Shown: positions 9,537 to 18,810 of the stretch, piece after piece
Numbering within the stretch: the first letter of the stretch is position 1
Layout of the letters: every line of letters starts with the position of its first letter
Assembly: GCA_022340715.1 (NCBI GenBank)
Contig: JAJDNK010000061.1
Coordinates: forward strand, 633-64,632
Reading direction: 5' to 3'
Length of the DNA: 64,000 nucleotides
Source: a bacterium BMS3Abin03
Lineage (GTDB): Bacteria; Bacteroidota; Ignavibacteria; Ignavibacteriales; Ignavibacteriaceae
The notes under the pieces: model-generated
What the model saw: the letters and a program-made list of their open reading frames with translations, nothing else
Told to the model about the DNA's origin: nothing
Database searches by the model: none
Position numbers and translations under genes: made by a program

Positions 9537-10939
9537 CAGTTTTTCATTCTACCTGAGATTATTTTTGAGAATTCTTCCATTTGCATTCCGCGCGATCCTT
9601 TAACAAGAATAATTGAATTCATTAAGTCGAGATTTCTTAAAAAACCGCTTAATGATTTTCTCGATCTAAAATGTTTTAATATTAGTTTTTTGTCTTTCAA
9701 AGCATCAACAAGGGTTTTCATTCCACTACCGATAGTATACAACTCATCAATTCCATTTTTAATTACAGATGAAGAAAGAGATCTATGAAGCTTTATTTTA
9801 TTTTTTCCAAGCTCAAGCATATCGCCTAGAATCGCAATCTTTCTCCTATATGGATCTATTTTCCCAGTCATTTCTAAAACCGCTTTCACAGAATCGGGAT
9901 TCGCATTGTAACAATCATCTATCAGGATAAAACCCCGAAAATGTATTATGTTAATTCGTTTATCCGGAACAAACAATTTCCTGGTTCCGTTCCTTAACTG
10001 CTGTTTTGTAATTCCAAGCTCTAATGCAACTGAAACTGCAGCTAAATAATTATCAGCACTTAATCTTCCCGGCAGAGGCAGAGTGTCTACATATTCCCAG
10101 TCTTTAAATTTTATTTTTAAAGTAGGTTTGCCTTCCTTATTATATTTTATGATCTTTCCTTTAACACTTGAATCGGAATTAAATCCATACGAAATCTTAC
10201 TCTTAAATCTTCGGGAGCTTTCTTCCAACAAAGGATCATCATAGTTAATAAATACCTTACCTCCGTTTTCTTTTGTTACATCAAACAGAGCCAGTTTTTC
10301 TTTCAATACACCTTTTCTGTTTCGTAAAAATTCCAGGTGCGAATCACCGATATTTGTTATCAATGAATAATCCGGTTGTAAAATCTCAGCCGAATATTTT
10401 ATTTCACCAAAGTGATTTGTTCCAACTTCAGCGACTAGAACATCATGATGTTCATTTGCAGACAACACCGTTAAAGGTACACCTATATTATTATTGTTAT
10501 TACTAACTGTTTTCTGCACAGTATATTTCTCATTTAATAGCGTTGCCAATATTTCTTTTACACTTGTTTTACCGGAGCTTCCGGTTAAACCAACAACTTT
10601 TGTAATCTTATTCTTCGATAATTTTCTACGCCAAATTTTTGCAATATCTCCGAGAGCTTTAAGAGTATTTTGCACAGTAATTATAGGAACATTCACACTG
10701 TCAAATTCATTTAATTTTCTTTTGCTAATTACAACTACGCCTGCACCTTTTTTAACAGCTTCCTTTACAAAACAATGTCCATCGAGTCTTTTCCCTTTGA
10801 TTGCAATAAATAAAGAACCTCTTGTTACTTTCTTTGAATCGATAACAACTTTATAAACCGGCTTCAAATCATCCGGATTAAAAATAGTTGCTGTCGGTAA
10901 CTCAAACAGATCTTCAATATTTAAAGTCACTTTTCTCAA
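9536..10939 (-). CDS. murF: UDP-N-acetylmuramoyl-tripeptide--D-alanyl-D-alanine ligase
   Basis: 467 aa with P-loop GLTGSSGKTSVKE. Positioned between murE and mraY. Confidence 0.9.
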   Translation of the reverse strand: MRKVTLNIEDLFELPTATIFNPDDLKPVYKVVIDSKKVTRGSLFIAIKGKRLDGHCFVKEAVKKGAGVVVISKRKLNEFDSVNVPIITVQNTLKALGDIAKIWRRKLSKNKITKVVGLTGSSGKTSVKEILATLLNEKYTVQKTVSNNNNNIGVPLTVLSANEHHDVLVAEVGTNHFGEIKYSAEILQPDYSLITNIGDSHLEFLRNRKGVLKEKLALFDVTKENGGKVFINYDDPLLEESSRRFKSKISYGFNSDSSVKGKIIKYNKEGKPTLKIKFKDWEYVDTLPLPGRLSADNYLAAVSVALELGITKQQLRNGTRKLFVPDKRINIIHFRGFILIDDCYNANPDSVKAVLEMTGKIDPYRRKIAILGDMLELGKNKIKLHRSLSSSVIKNGIDELYTIGSGMKTLVDALKDKKLILKHFRSRKSLSGFLRNLDLMNSIILVKGSRGMQMEEFSKIISGRMKN

Positions 10940-12402
10940 GAATTCAAATATGTCTTTGCGACCTCACGATCAGAAAAATGAATACGTGTTCCTTTGATTT
11001 CCTGATAATCTTCGTGTCCTTTACCTGCAATTAGTATGATAGAATGATCTTTGCTGTTTGAGATCGCTTTTTTTATAGCTTCTTCCCGGTTTTCAATTAC
11101 GTCGTAATTCTTTTTGGAAATACCTGCTTTAATTGAATTTATTATTTCAAACGGATCTTCAAACCTCGGATTATCTGATGTTATAATTACTCTATCACTT
11201 AGTTCAGCTGCAATTCTACCCATTGCCGGTCTTTTTGATTTATCTCTGTTTCCACCGCAACCGAATACAGTTACTATTTCATCTCCATTCCTATTTAAAC
11301 CATGTATAGCACGCAAAGTTTTTTCCAGACTATCTGGTGTGTGTGAATAGTCAATTACGATCTTCCTGTTTTCTCTTATCAAGACTTCAAACCTGCCAGG
11401 GACTTGAGATGCTTTCTTAATTCCTTCGATGATTTTATCTTCATTAATTCCATTTAACACTGCAGTAGCAAATGCAGCACTGGCATTGTAAGCATTAAAT
11501 TCACCAACAAGCGAAGTGTTGATTGGATAGATTTCATTTTTGTAGTTAATTGTAAATGAAGTACCATTGATATCATACTTAATATCTTTAATCAGGAAAT
11601 CCGATTGGTTAGTGCCGTAACTATATTTTTTTGCCCGACAACCCTGGATTAATTTTTTACTGCTCGAATCATCCGAGTTGTAAACGGCAAATGATTCCTC
11701 TGATAAATTATCAAACAACTTCTTCTTCGCTTCCAGATAGCTTTCAAAATTGAGATGAAAATCAAGATGTTCATTTGTAAGATTCGTAAAAATTGCAGAG
11801 CTATAGTTCAATCCGTGAACCCTGTTCAAAGCCAGAGAATGAGATGAAACCTCCATGACTGCATAATTGCATTTTTCATTAACCATTTGTGAAAGGAGTT
11901 CATTTAAATCTCTGGATTCAGGTGTGGTTAGTTTCGAGTTTATAATTTTATCAAGAATCTGATTTGATATTGTTCCCAGCAGCCCCGATTTATATCCGGC
12001 ATTTTCAAGAATACTTCTAATGATATAAGCAGTGGTTGTTTTTCCATTCGTTCCGGTTACACCGATGAGGTTCAGCTTTTCAGATGGACGATTAAAAAAC
12101 AAATTTGAAAGCTCAGCAAGAGCAGTCCTGGAATCATTGACTAATATTTTTGCAGCATTGCTGTGTCTATAAAATTCATCTGGAACAACATTGTTTTGAT
12201 CGAGGATAATAGCACAAGCTCCTTTTAATAATGCATTGGGGATAAACTTGCGACCATCAACTGAAAAACCTTTGATAGCAACAAAAACAGAGTTCTTCTT
12301 AACATTCCGGGAATCGTATTCAATACCGGTTATTTCTTCGTCCTGAAAATTTCCGGCAACCTGAATTACTTTAATTCCATTTATGAATTCAGACAATTTC
12401 AT
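10936..12402 (-). CDS. murE: UDP-N-acetylmuramoyl-L-alanyl-D-glutamate--2,6-diaminopimelate ligase
   Basis: 488 aa with GVTGTNGKTTTAYI and the DNPR motif (ITSDNPRFEDP) typical of DAP-adding MurE. Confidence 0.92.
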   Translation of the reverse strand: MKLSEFINGIKVIQVAGNFQDEEITGIEYDSRNVKKNSVFVAIKGFSVDGRKFIPNALLKGACAIILDQNNVVPDEFYRHSNAAKILVNDSRTALAELSNLFFNRPSEKLNLIGVTGTNGKTTTAYIIRSILENAGYKSGLLGTISNQILDKIINSKLTTPESRDLNELLSQMVNEKCNYAVMEVSSHSLALNRVHGLNYSSAIFTNLTNEHLDFHLNFESYLEAKKKLFDNLSEESFAVYNSDDSSSKKLIQGCRAKKYSYGTNQSDFLIKDIKYDINGTSFTINYKNEIYPINTSLVGEFNAYNASAAFATAVLNGINEDKIIEGIKKASQVPGRFEVLIRENRKIVIDYSHTPDSLEKTLRAIHGLNRNGDEIVTVFGCGGNRDKSKRPAMGRIAAELSDRVIITSDNPRFEDPFEIINSIKAGISKKNYDVIENREEAIKKAISNSKDHSIILIAGKGHEDYQEIKGTRIHFSDREVAKTYLNS

Positions 12403-14405
12403 CAGTAGATATTTGCCCCTTTTATGATGGCTTCAGAACAGCTTATTTTTATTACATGATTAGGATTAATTTTTTCTCCGGGTTTTATACTTTGCGACGT
12501 TACGACTCCGGAACCATTTATATTATATTTCAATCCTAACAAGCTCAGTTTAACTATCGCATCTTTTGCAGAAAGACCTTTCAAATCCGGCATAAGATTA
12601 CTTTTGGCATCAACGAATTTATTTTTTACTGGCTGAACATTTTTAGTCTTCATCACTTTATTGTCTTCCGTACTATTTAATTTTGCCGTTACAAATTGAT
12701 CTTCTAATATTTCATTACCATCATATCGTTCAGGCTGTTGATATTTTTTCAAATCAATTTCAAGAATTCTCTCAATAATCTTTTTAAAAATCGGTGCAGC
12801 TACTTTTCCACCGTATTTTTCAACCTGCGGAGAGTTAACTAATACAAGACAAACTAGTTGTGGATTATCGGCTGGGAAAAATCCTACAAAGGAAGTGTTG
12901 TAATCCTGTTTTGAATAATTTCCATCAATATACTTTTGCGATGTACCGGTTTTTCCACCAACGGAAATTATTTCACTTTCAGCTTGTGAGCCTGTTCCCT
13001 TACTGACCGCTTCATGTAATATTTTTGTAAGTCTTTTGGAAGTTTCTTCCGATATAACACGACGTATTGGATTGGAAGGAACAACGGATTTTATATTGCC
13101 ACTTTTATCAGTAATGTATTTCAGGATATGAGGTTCGAATAAAATTCCTCCATTAACAACTGCCGAGTAGGCGGTTATTAATTGTAAAGGTGTTACGGAA
13201 ACCTCATACCCGAAAGACATAAAGGTCTTCGTGTATTCAGACCACTGGTTTGGTTTTTTCAACTTACCGGTAACTTCACCAGGTAAAGTGATGGAAGTAT
13301 AATTTCCGAAACCGAATCCACGAAGATATTTGTAGTAAGTGTCATTATCTATTTTTTGAATGAGCTTCGCAATTCCAATGTTACTGGATTCTTCCAGTAC
13401 ACCACTAACAGTAAGATAAGTGTTTTTATGAGTGTCTCTTATGTAAGTATTTTTAAATTTGTATTTACCATTTTCAACATATATAAGATCATTTTCCTTG
13501 CATTTACCGACATCTAAAAGAGCGGCTAAAGAAAAAGTTTTAAAAGTTGAGCCAGGTTCATAAGTATCGGTAATAGCACGGTCCTTTCTCTGATAATCTG
13601 AATACTTTCCATAATTATTTGGATCATAATCGGCAATGTTAGCGAGCGCCAGGATTTCGCCGGTATTAGGATCCATTATTATTCCAGTACCGGATTGGCC
13701 TTTATATGTTTCAATTCCGGATCTTAATTCATCTTCGAGTATGGACTGATAATTCTTATCAATAGTTAAAACAAGATTATCACCAGGTACAGCAGTCTTT
13801 GTTTCGGTATCGGAAATTGTGATAATACCTCCCATTGCATCCCTTTCAACAAGACGCATACCTTCTTCGCCGTTTAATACATCTTCATAATATTTATCTA
13901 TACCATTTGTTCCCACAAATTCACTATTAACATAGCCTAAAATATGAGATGCAAGAGATCCGTATTGATAAACTCTTGTAGGTTCCTCAATTGTAAACAA
14001 AGATTTTAATTTTATATCTTTTAATTTTTGAGCTATTTCAATTGGAACTTTTCTTGCAATTACAACTGTTTTATCATTTGGTTGTATCAATTTCGAATAA
14101 TAAGAAGAGCTTTTACCAAAGACTGAGGAGAATCGATTTGCAAGAGAATACTTTTTCCTGTCCGGAGTCATTCTCAAATCGAGGTAGTAAGTAATATCAT
14201 TACGATTGTAAACAAGTAAAACATTATTCCGATCAAAAATAAATCCCCGTTCGGCTTTAACTTTCTCTAATTTTGTGTGTTGCTTTTGAGCGTAATATTT
14301 ATAGTTATCACTTTTAATTATCTGAATATCAACTAGCTTAAAAACCAGTCCTGTAAAAAGTAAAATGACAATCAGTATAATTAATAAAGCACGTGAATTA
14401 CTCAT
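12402..14405 (-). CDS. ftsI: Class B penicillin-binding protein (FtsI-type transpeptidase) with a C-terminal PASTA domain
   Basis: 667 aa. SxxK (GSTFKTF), SxN (ESSNIG) and KTG (GGKTGTSQ) boxes. C-terminal MPDLKGLSAKDAIVKLSLLGLKYNINGSGVVTSQSIKPGEKI is PASTA-like. Confidence 0.9.
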   Translation of the reverse strand: MSNSRALLIILIVILLFTGLVFKLVDIQIIKSDNYKYYAQKQHTKLEKVKAERGFIFDRNNVLLVYNRNDITYYLDLRMTPDRKKYSLANRFSSVFGKSSSYYSKLIQPNDKTVVIARKVPIEIAQKLKDIKLKSLFTIEEPTRVYQYGSLASHILGYVNSEFVGTNGIDKYYEDVLNGEEGMRLVERDAMGGIITISDTETKTAVPGDNLVLTIDKNYQSILEDELRSGIETYKGQSGTGIIMDPNTGEILALANIADYDPNNYGKYSDYQRKDRAITDTYEPGSTFKTFSLAALLDVGKCKENDLIYVENGKYKFKNTYIRDTHKNTYLTVSGVLEESSNIGIAKLIQKIDNDTYYKYLRGFGFGNYTSITLPGEVTGKLKKPNQWSEYTKTFMSFGYEVSVTPLQLITAYSAVVNGGILFEPHILKYITDKSGNIKSVVPSNPIRRVISEETSKRLTKILHEAVSKGTGSQAESEIISVGGKTGTSQKYIDGNYSKQDYNTSFVGFFPADNPQLVCLVLVNSPQVEKYGGKVAAPIFKKIIERILEIDLKKYQQPERYDGNEILEDQFVTAKLNSTEDNKVMKTKNVQPVKNKFVDAKSNLMPDLKGLSAKDAIVKLSLLGLKYNINGSGVVTSQSIKPGEKINPNHVIKISCSEAIIKGANIY

Positions 14406-14727
14406 ATTTCGCTTCTAGTTCCTTGTTTATCTTATCGATCAATTTCTTATCTACTTTTACGGTTATCTTCGGTTGGGTTCTCCTTTGCATCTCCAGTTTA
14501 TTTTCAGCTATTGAGACTATTCTTTCTTCTGAACTGTATGACTGGAATTCGGCAATCAGGTTGACTTTTTTTGTACTTTCCTCGTTTAGTTTTTTCCCCT
14601 GTTGAACAATCTTTCTTGTTAATTCTTCATTTTTAAATCTCAATCCTATATTAAGTAAAATCAAGACAGCACTTACAACAAGTAAAAAGAGAATTTTAAC
14701 TATAAATGGTTTAGCACTTTTCTTCAT
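14398..14727 (-). CDS. ftsL: Cell division protein FtsL-like (single TM helix plus coiled coil)
   Basis: 109 aa with TM helix IVKILFLLVVSAVLILLNI followed by a charged helical tail. Position rsmH-ftsL-ftsI. Confidence 0.75.
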   Translation of the reverse strand: MKKSAKPFIVKILFLLVVSAVLILLNIGLRFKNEELTRKIVQQGKKLNEESTKKVNLIAEFQSYSSEERIVSIAENKLEMQRRTQPKITVKVDKKLIDKINKELEAKYE

Positions 14728-15650
14728 AATACCTCTGCTGCTCTTAGCTTGGCACTGCGTGCTCGTTTATTTGATTTTACTTCATCTATGGATGGTATTA
14801 CAGGTTTTCTTGTTAAAATTTTTAATGTCGATTGTTTATCGCATATACAAACCGGTGCATCTTTCGGACATATACAATCAAGTTCTTCATACTTAAAAAA
14901 TTCTTTTACTATCCTGTCTTCAAGAGAATGATAAGAGATAACAACAATTCTGCTTCCGCTTTTTAAAACTTTCATCGAATTATTCAGAAACTGTCTGAGG
15001 TTTTCCAGTTCTCCATTTATATAAATTCGTAATGCCTGGAAAACCCTCGATAAAGTTTTTATCAGATATTTCTGTTGCGTTACTTCTTCAATTAATTTTT
15101 TAAGATCATAAGAAGTTTTGATGATTTTTTTTCTTCTTGAGTTTACAATATGATGTGCAATTTTTCTTGATTTTTTTTCTTCACCAAACTCAAAAATGAT
15201 TGTTGCTAATTCTTTTTCATTCAATTTATTGACAATATCCATTGCAGTAGTTTTCAGATTTTTATCCATTCTTAAATCAAGAGGTGCATCCGAACTGTAT
15301 GTAAAACCGGATGAAGCATTATCTAACTGGTAAGAGGAAACTCCCAGATCTGCAATCACTCCGTCAAAGAACATCAACGATTCTAATTTTGCTATCGCAT
15401 CGATCATCGAAAAATTAAAATTGTACAATCTCACTCTCTTATCATTTTCAAATCTTTTCCTGCAATATTCAAATGCTGAACTATCAACATCTGTAGATAC
15501 CAGTATACCTTTCGAATTAAGACGATTCAAAATCTCACTGCTATGTCCGCCAAATCCCAAGGTACCATCAAAATATATCCCGCCTTTTTTTTTAATTAGC
15601 AGATCCATGCTTTCATTTACCATTACAGGTATGTGATGGCTCTGCATCAT
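14724..15650 (-). CDS. rsmH: 16S rRNA (cytosine1402-N4)-methyltransferase RsmH/MraW
   Basis: 308 aa with HIPVMVNE, DGTLGFGGHS and DLGVSSYQLD motifs. Confidence 0.94.
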   Translation of the reverse strand: MMQSHHIPVMVNESMDLLIKKKGGIYFDGTLGFGGHSSEILNRLNSKGILVSTDVDSSAFEYCRKRFENDKRVRLYNFNFSMIDAIAKLESLMFFDGVIADLGVSSYQLDNASSGFTYSSDAPLDLRMDKNLKTTAMDIVNKLNEKELATIIFEFGEEKKSRKIAHHIVNSRRKKIIKTSYDLKKLIEEVTQQKYLIKTLSRVFQALRIYINGELENLRQFLNNSMKVLKSGSRIVVISYHSLEDRIVKEFFKYEELDCICPKDAPVCICDKQSTLKILTRKPVIPSIDEVKSNKRARSAKLRAAEVL

Positions 15651-16084
15651 TTCGACATTACTTTAGCTGCAATTTGCTCGTATGTTTGACCTGTCTGGTT
15701 TATATATTCTTCATAAACTTTTGGATTCCAAACTTCGATCTTTTCCATTGCACCAAGTATTAATACTTCTTTATCTATCTTTGCATAATCCAGAAGAGAT
15801 TGAGGAATTAAAATTCTTGATTGCGAATCAAGTGTCCCATCAGTTGCATATTGAGAAATCATTCTTTTAAACAAAGCTTCTTCAGGATTAAATGAATTCA
15901 GTTGCAAAAGTTTATCTTCCACTTTTTGCCACTGATCCATTGGGTAGATATCTATGCAAGTAGCTGTACCTCGCGTCATTATAAAAGTATCATTGGCTTC
16001 ACCGGTAACATGCTTTCTTAGTTTAGCCGGTATGCTTATTCTACCTTTATTATCAATCGAATATGTATAATTACCTCTAAACAT
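15647..16084 (-). CDS. mraZ: Transcriptional regulator MraZ
   Basis: 145 aa with two SpoVT/AbrB-like halves (DNKGRISIPAKLRK and DSQSRILIPQSLL). First gene of the dcw cluster. Confidence 0.93.
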   Translation of the reverse strand: MFRGNYTYSIDNKGRISIPAKLRKHVTGEANDTFIMTRGTATCIDIYPMDQWQKVEDKLLQLNSFNPEEALFKRMISQYATDGTLDSQSRILIPQSLLDYAKIDKEVLILGAMEKIEVWNPKVYEEYINQTGQTYEQIAAKVMSK

Positions 16085-16105
16085 CTTCCTTTCATTTGGT
16101 ATTCT

Positions 16106-16160
16106 TCACCACAATTCCCCACCACTCCCCAAAATAATACAAAAAATTTTCAAATGTCAA
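16106..16160 (-). promoter_or_regulatory. Putative Pmra promoter plus three MraZ-box direct repeats
   Basis: The minus strand reads TTGACA (rc 16155-16160), a 15-nt spacer, TATTAT (rc 16134-16139), then TGGGGA (rc 16126-16131), TGGGGA (rc 16116-16121) and TGGTGA (rc 16106-16111) at exact 10-bp spacing, ending 22 nt before the mraZ ATG. Confidence 0.6.
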
Positions 16161-16858
16161 GAAAAATCTTTCAAGATCTCCACATTTATTTTTCGATCAA
16201 TCAGACGAGTTTTTTAATGTTCGGAAGATTTCAAAAAGATAAGTTGTTAAGAAAGCTAAAGTTAAGCAATCTTGCTTAAGAATTTATGTTAAATTGAAGT
16301 AAAAATTAGATGTGTAAATTAATTTTTTGAAATGAATTGTTTAAAGAAACTCTTACTGGGTGAGTTCCAAACCTAGAATAACTAAACACATAGTTTGGTT
16401 AAAATAAAAGTCCCCCAAGTGTATTCAAACTACCCTGATTAATTATTAAACAAATTATGTAATTCTTTTTTTCTCTTGTATGATCTATGTCCCAGAAAAG
16501 ATCCGGAAACTAAAAATACTGCCAACCAGAAGGCTACAATTAGTTCTAAAAAATTCATTGTTCTACCGATTTGTTTTTAATATTCGGGAAAGAACAATAT
16601 TTATACCAACAAAATCCCTGATTTATTTATCCCAAAGTCATTTAATTGAAAATAAAACAGTTTCAAGTTCATACATTTTCTCATTTTTTTTGATTATTTC
16701 GTTTTAAGATTAGTTGTTAATATAAAATAATAATTGCGCTCGTTAATTAATAAAATGAGAAATTTTCTTTCATAAAACAAAATTATTTTCAAGAAAATGA
16801 AAAATTAAGATTCATAACATTTGATCAAACAGTTGTTGTGCAATGTTAACGACAGCAA

Positions 16859-16930
16859 ATGAGCCAACTGCCGGAATCGAACCGGCGACCTACTCATTAC
16901 GAATGAGTTGCTCTACCAGCTGAGCTAAGT
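16859..16930 (-). repeat. Left island boundary (attL-type): 5'-truncated, non-functional copy of tRNA-Thr
   Basis: 72 nt identical to 22906-22977. Covers tRNA positions 5-73 plus 3 nt of trailer. Acceptor nt 1-4 are replaced, so no acceptor stem can form. Confidence 0.9.
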
Positions 16931-16952
16931 AAATTCAAAGCTTTCGGGGTCA

Positions 16953-16975
16953 CTGTTCAGTGAATTGTTAAGTGA
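16953..16975 (+). repeat. Left-arm tandem motif CTGTTCAGTGA / GTTAAGTGA (candidate recombinase arm sites)
   Basis: CTGTTCAGTGA at 16953-16963 and GTTAAGTGA at 16967-16975. The same 11-mer recurs at 22850-22860. Confidence 0.5.
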
Positions 16976-17017
16976 ATTAAAGCTTTTAGCACTCTTTTAG
17001 AAGAAAGGAGTGCATTT

Positions 17018-18051
17018 ATGTTTTTGTTTAAAAGAGGTAAGTATTATCATTTAGAATACTTTAATGAAAACGGAAATCGTATCCGGAGAATCTCAACACA
17101 AGCAACAAAAAAAAAACTGATGCTATCAAATTTCTAACAGAGTATAAAAAGCAAATCGTAAAGCATAGCAAATCCAAACATATTCTGTTATCAACATTCT
17201 ATAGTAAATATCAAGACTATATAACTACTAATTGTTCTAAAAAATATTTTTCAACTGTCTCCTTAGCATTCAGGCAACTATCTGATTTTATTGGTGATGT
17301 TCCGTTAATAAAACTAACCTATCATCAACTTGACCTGTTTATGAATGCAACCTTTAAGCGGACTCAACACGGCGCCTGGACTAATTACAGAGTGTTAAAA
17401 AGTGCATTCAATAAAGCAGTAAATTGGGGATACATAACTGATAATCCACTTAAAAGAATTCAGCTTCCCAAAATTGCTGTATCGTCGCCCTAATTTATCA
17501 AAGAAAAGGAATTTAATCTGATTGTGAGGAATACTGCTAATTCCGATTTAAAAGATATTTTCATAACAGCATTCAATTCAGGGATGAGATTATCGGAAAT
17601 AATAAACCTGAAATGGTCATCTGTTCATCTTAGTGACCGAACACTTTTAATTCAAAATCATTCTTCATTTAGAACTAAAAATAAGAAACCCAGAATTATT
17701 CCACTGAACAATACCCTATATCATTTGTTGAAGTCCAGAAAGCTAAAAGTTATTGGTATGGAATTAAATGAGTATGTGTTTGCGAAGTATTTTGGTGTTC
17801 CCTATTCAGTCAAATTTGTCAGCAAAGGGTTTAAAAAAATAGTGAGAAAGTTGGATTTAAACAGCAAGTATCATTTCCATTTGTTAAGAGTTGCCTTCGG
17901 TAGTAATTTATTAGCTAACGGAATTCCTATTAGCAATATATCTAAATTGCTTGGTCACTCATCCATAGCTGTGACTGAAAAGCATTACACAAGTCTCTCG
18001 ATGGAAAATCTTTTTAACGCCGTTAAAACATTAGATAGAAATGTAGTTTAA
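17018..18051 (+). pseudogene. Tyrosine recombinase / phage-type integrase, disrupted
   Basis: AAGGAG SD at 17005-17010 and ATG at 17018. That frame ends at TAA 17135 just after an A10 run (17107-17116). The reading continues in the -1 frame (TDAIKFLTEYKKQIV...NYRVLKSAFNKAVNWGYITDNPLKRIQLPK) to an in-frame TAA at 17491. The same frame then continues as track ORF 17524-18051, which has the catalytic R (GMRLSEI), HLLR, LGHSS and Y (EKHYTSL). Confidence 0.85.
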
Positions 18052-18255
18052 TCATATATACGAAGATTTTGAAAATGTCTCATTTCAAGCAGGAATTATT
18101 ATTATTCTAAGAATTTTTAAATAGTCAGGATGTTCAAATAATTAAAATTTGTGCACTTTTAAGGATTATGGATTCAGGAACAGTAGTTGAAAGTTGGAAT
18201 TATCGGATAATACTATTTAAAAGAGATTATTAAAGGTAAAATAGCACCTTACAAA

Positions 18256-18717
18256 ATGAACACAGTAATGTTTTTAGAGATATACCTTATATGGGGAATA
18301 GCGTGGGGTTTACTTTGTTTATCGGTAGCAAAAGAAAATAACAAAAACCCACAACTGTGGTTTACACTTGGCGTTCTGTTTAATGTAATCACTTTTATTA
18401 TGTTAATGAACTTACAAGTTGATAATGATTTTCAGGAAAACAAATCTATCTGTTCATTCTGTAAGCATAAAGTCGGTAGGAAAGATAGATATTGTTCTGA
18501 ATGTGGTGAGCTGTTAAAAGGCTTACAGACTGAAAATTTTACAAATAATTTTTGTATTCACTGCGGTAAAGGGATAAAAAAAGAATATAAATTTTGTCCA
18601 AACTGTGGAAGATTATTAATACCGTTAAAATCATTTCAACCCAAAGTGATAAATAATATTACCCAAATCCCTGACCTTTCTGAATTACCACCTGATTCAC
18701 TCCATTTAAAATTCTGA
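18256..18717 (+). CDS. Membrane-anchored double zinc-ribbon protein (hypothetical)
   Basis: 153 aa with two N-terminal hydrophobic helices followed by CSFCKHKV...YCSECG and FCIHCG...FCPNCG (two CxxC-Nn-CxxC ribbons). Confidence 0.6.
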   Translation: MNTVMFLEIYLIWGIAWGLLCLSVAKENNKNPQLWFTLGVLFNVITFIMLMNLQVDNDFQENKSICSFCKHKVGRKDRYCSECGELLKGLQTENFTNNFCIHCGKGIKKEYKFCPNCGRLLIPLKSFQPKVINNITQIPDLSELPPDSLHLKF

Positions 18718-18810
18718 TACTGAAGATTTAAGAACAGCAGTTGATAGGCTGAATTGAACTTATTAAGTTTAACAGGCACCTTTTAATTGAGATTATTAGG
18801 AGGAAAAAAT

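Noticed and set aside
1265-15636. Many 60-120-aa ORFs on the plus strand inside the dcw genes (for example 1265-1567, 1964-2260, 10494-10856, 14393-14605), and the minus-strand alternative-frame ORF 8569-8766 inside mraY
   Set aside because: Each is fully contained in a longer ORF with unambiguous family motifs. They are typical antisense or alternative-frame artefacts of AT-rich coding sequence.
982-16084. Absence of murB and ddl from the dcw cluster, considered as a possible deletion
   Set aside because: Several phyla keep murB and ddl elsewhere in the genome. The junctions here are seamless overlaps with no scar, so this is normal lineage-specific organisation and cannot be judged from one window.
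16480-16707. 75-aa plus-strand ORF in the mraZ-upstream spacer
   Set aside because: No SD. The composition is dominated by I/L/F/K/S, as expected from translating AT-rich non-coding DNA, and there is no recognisable motif.
16985-17015. CIRCE-like sequence TTAGCACTC-N13-GAGTGCATT (HrcA operator look-alike)
   Set aside because: The consensus CIRCE spacing is 9 nt, not 13. The right half matches only 7 of 9 positions, and the site precedes an integrase rather than a chaperone gene. It is better explained as an island-end inverted repeat overlapping the integrase SD.
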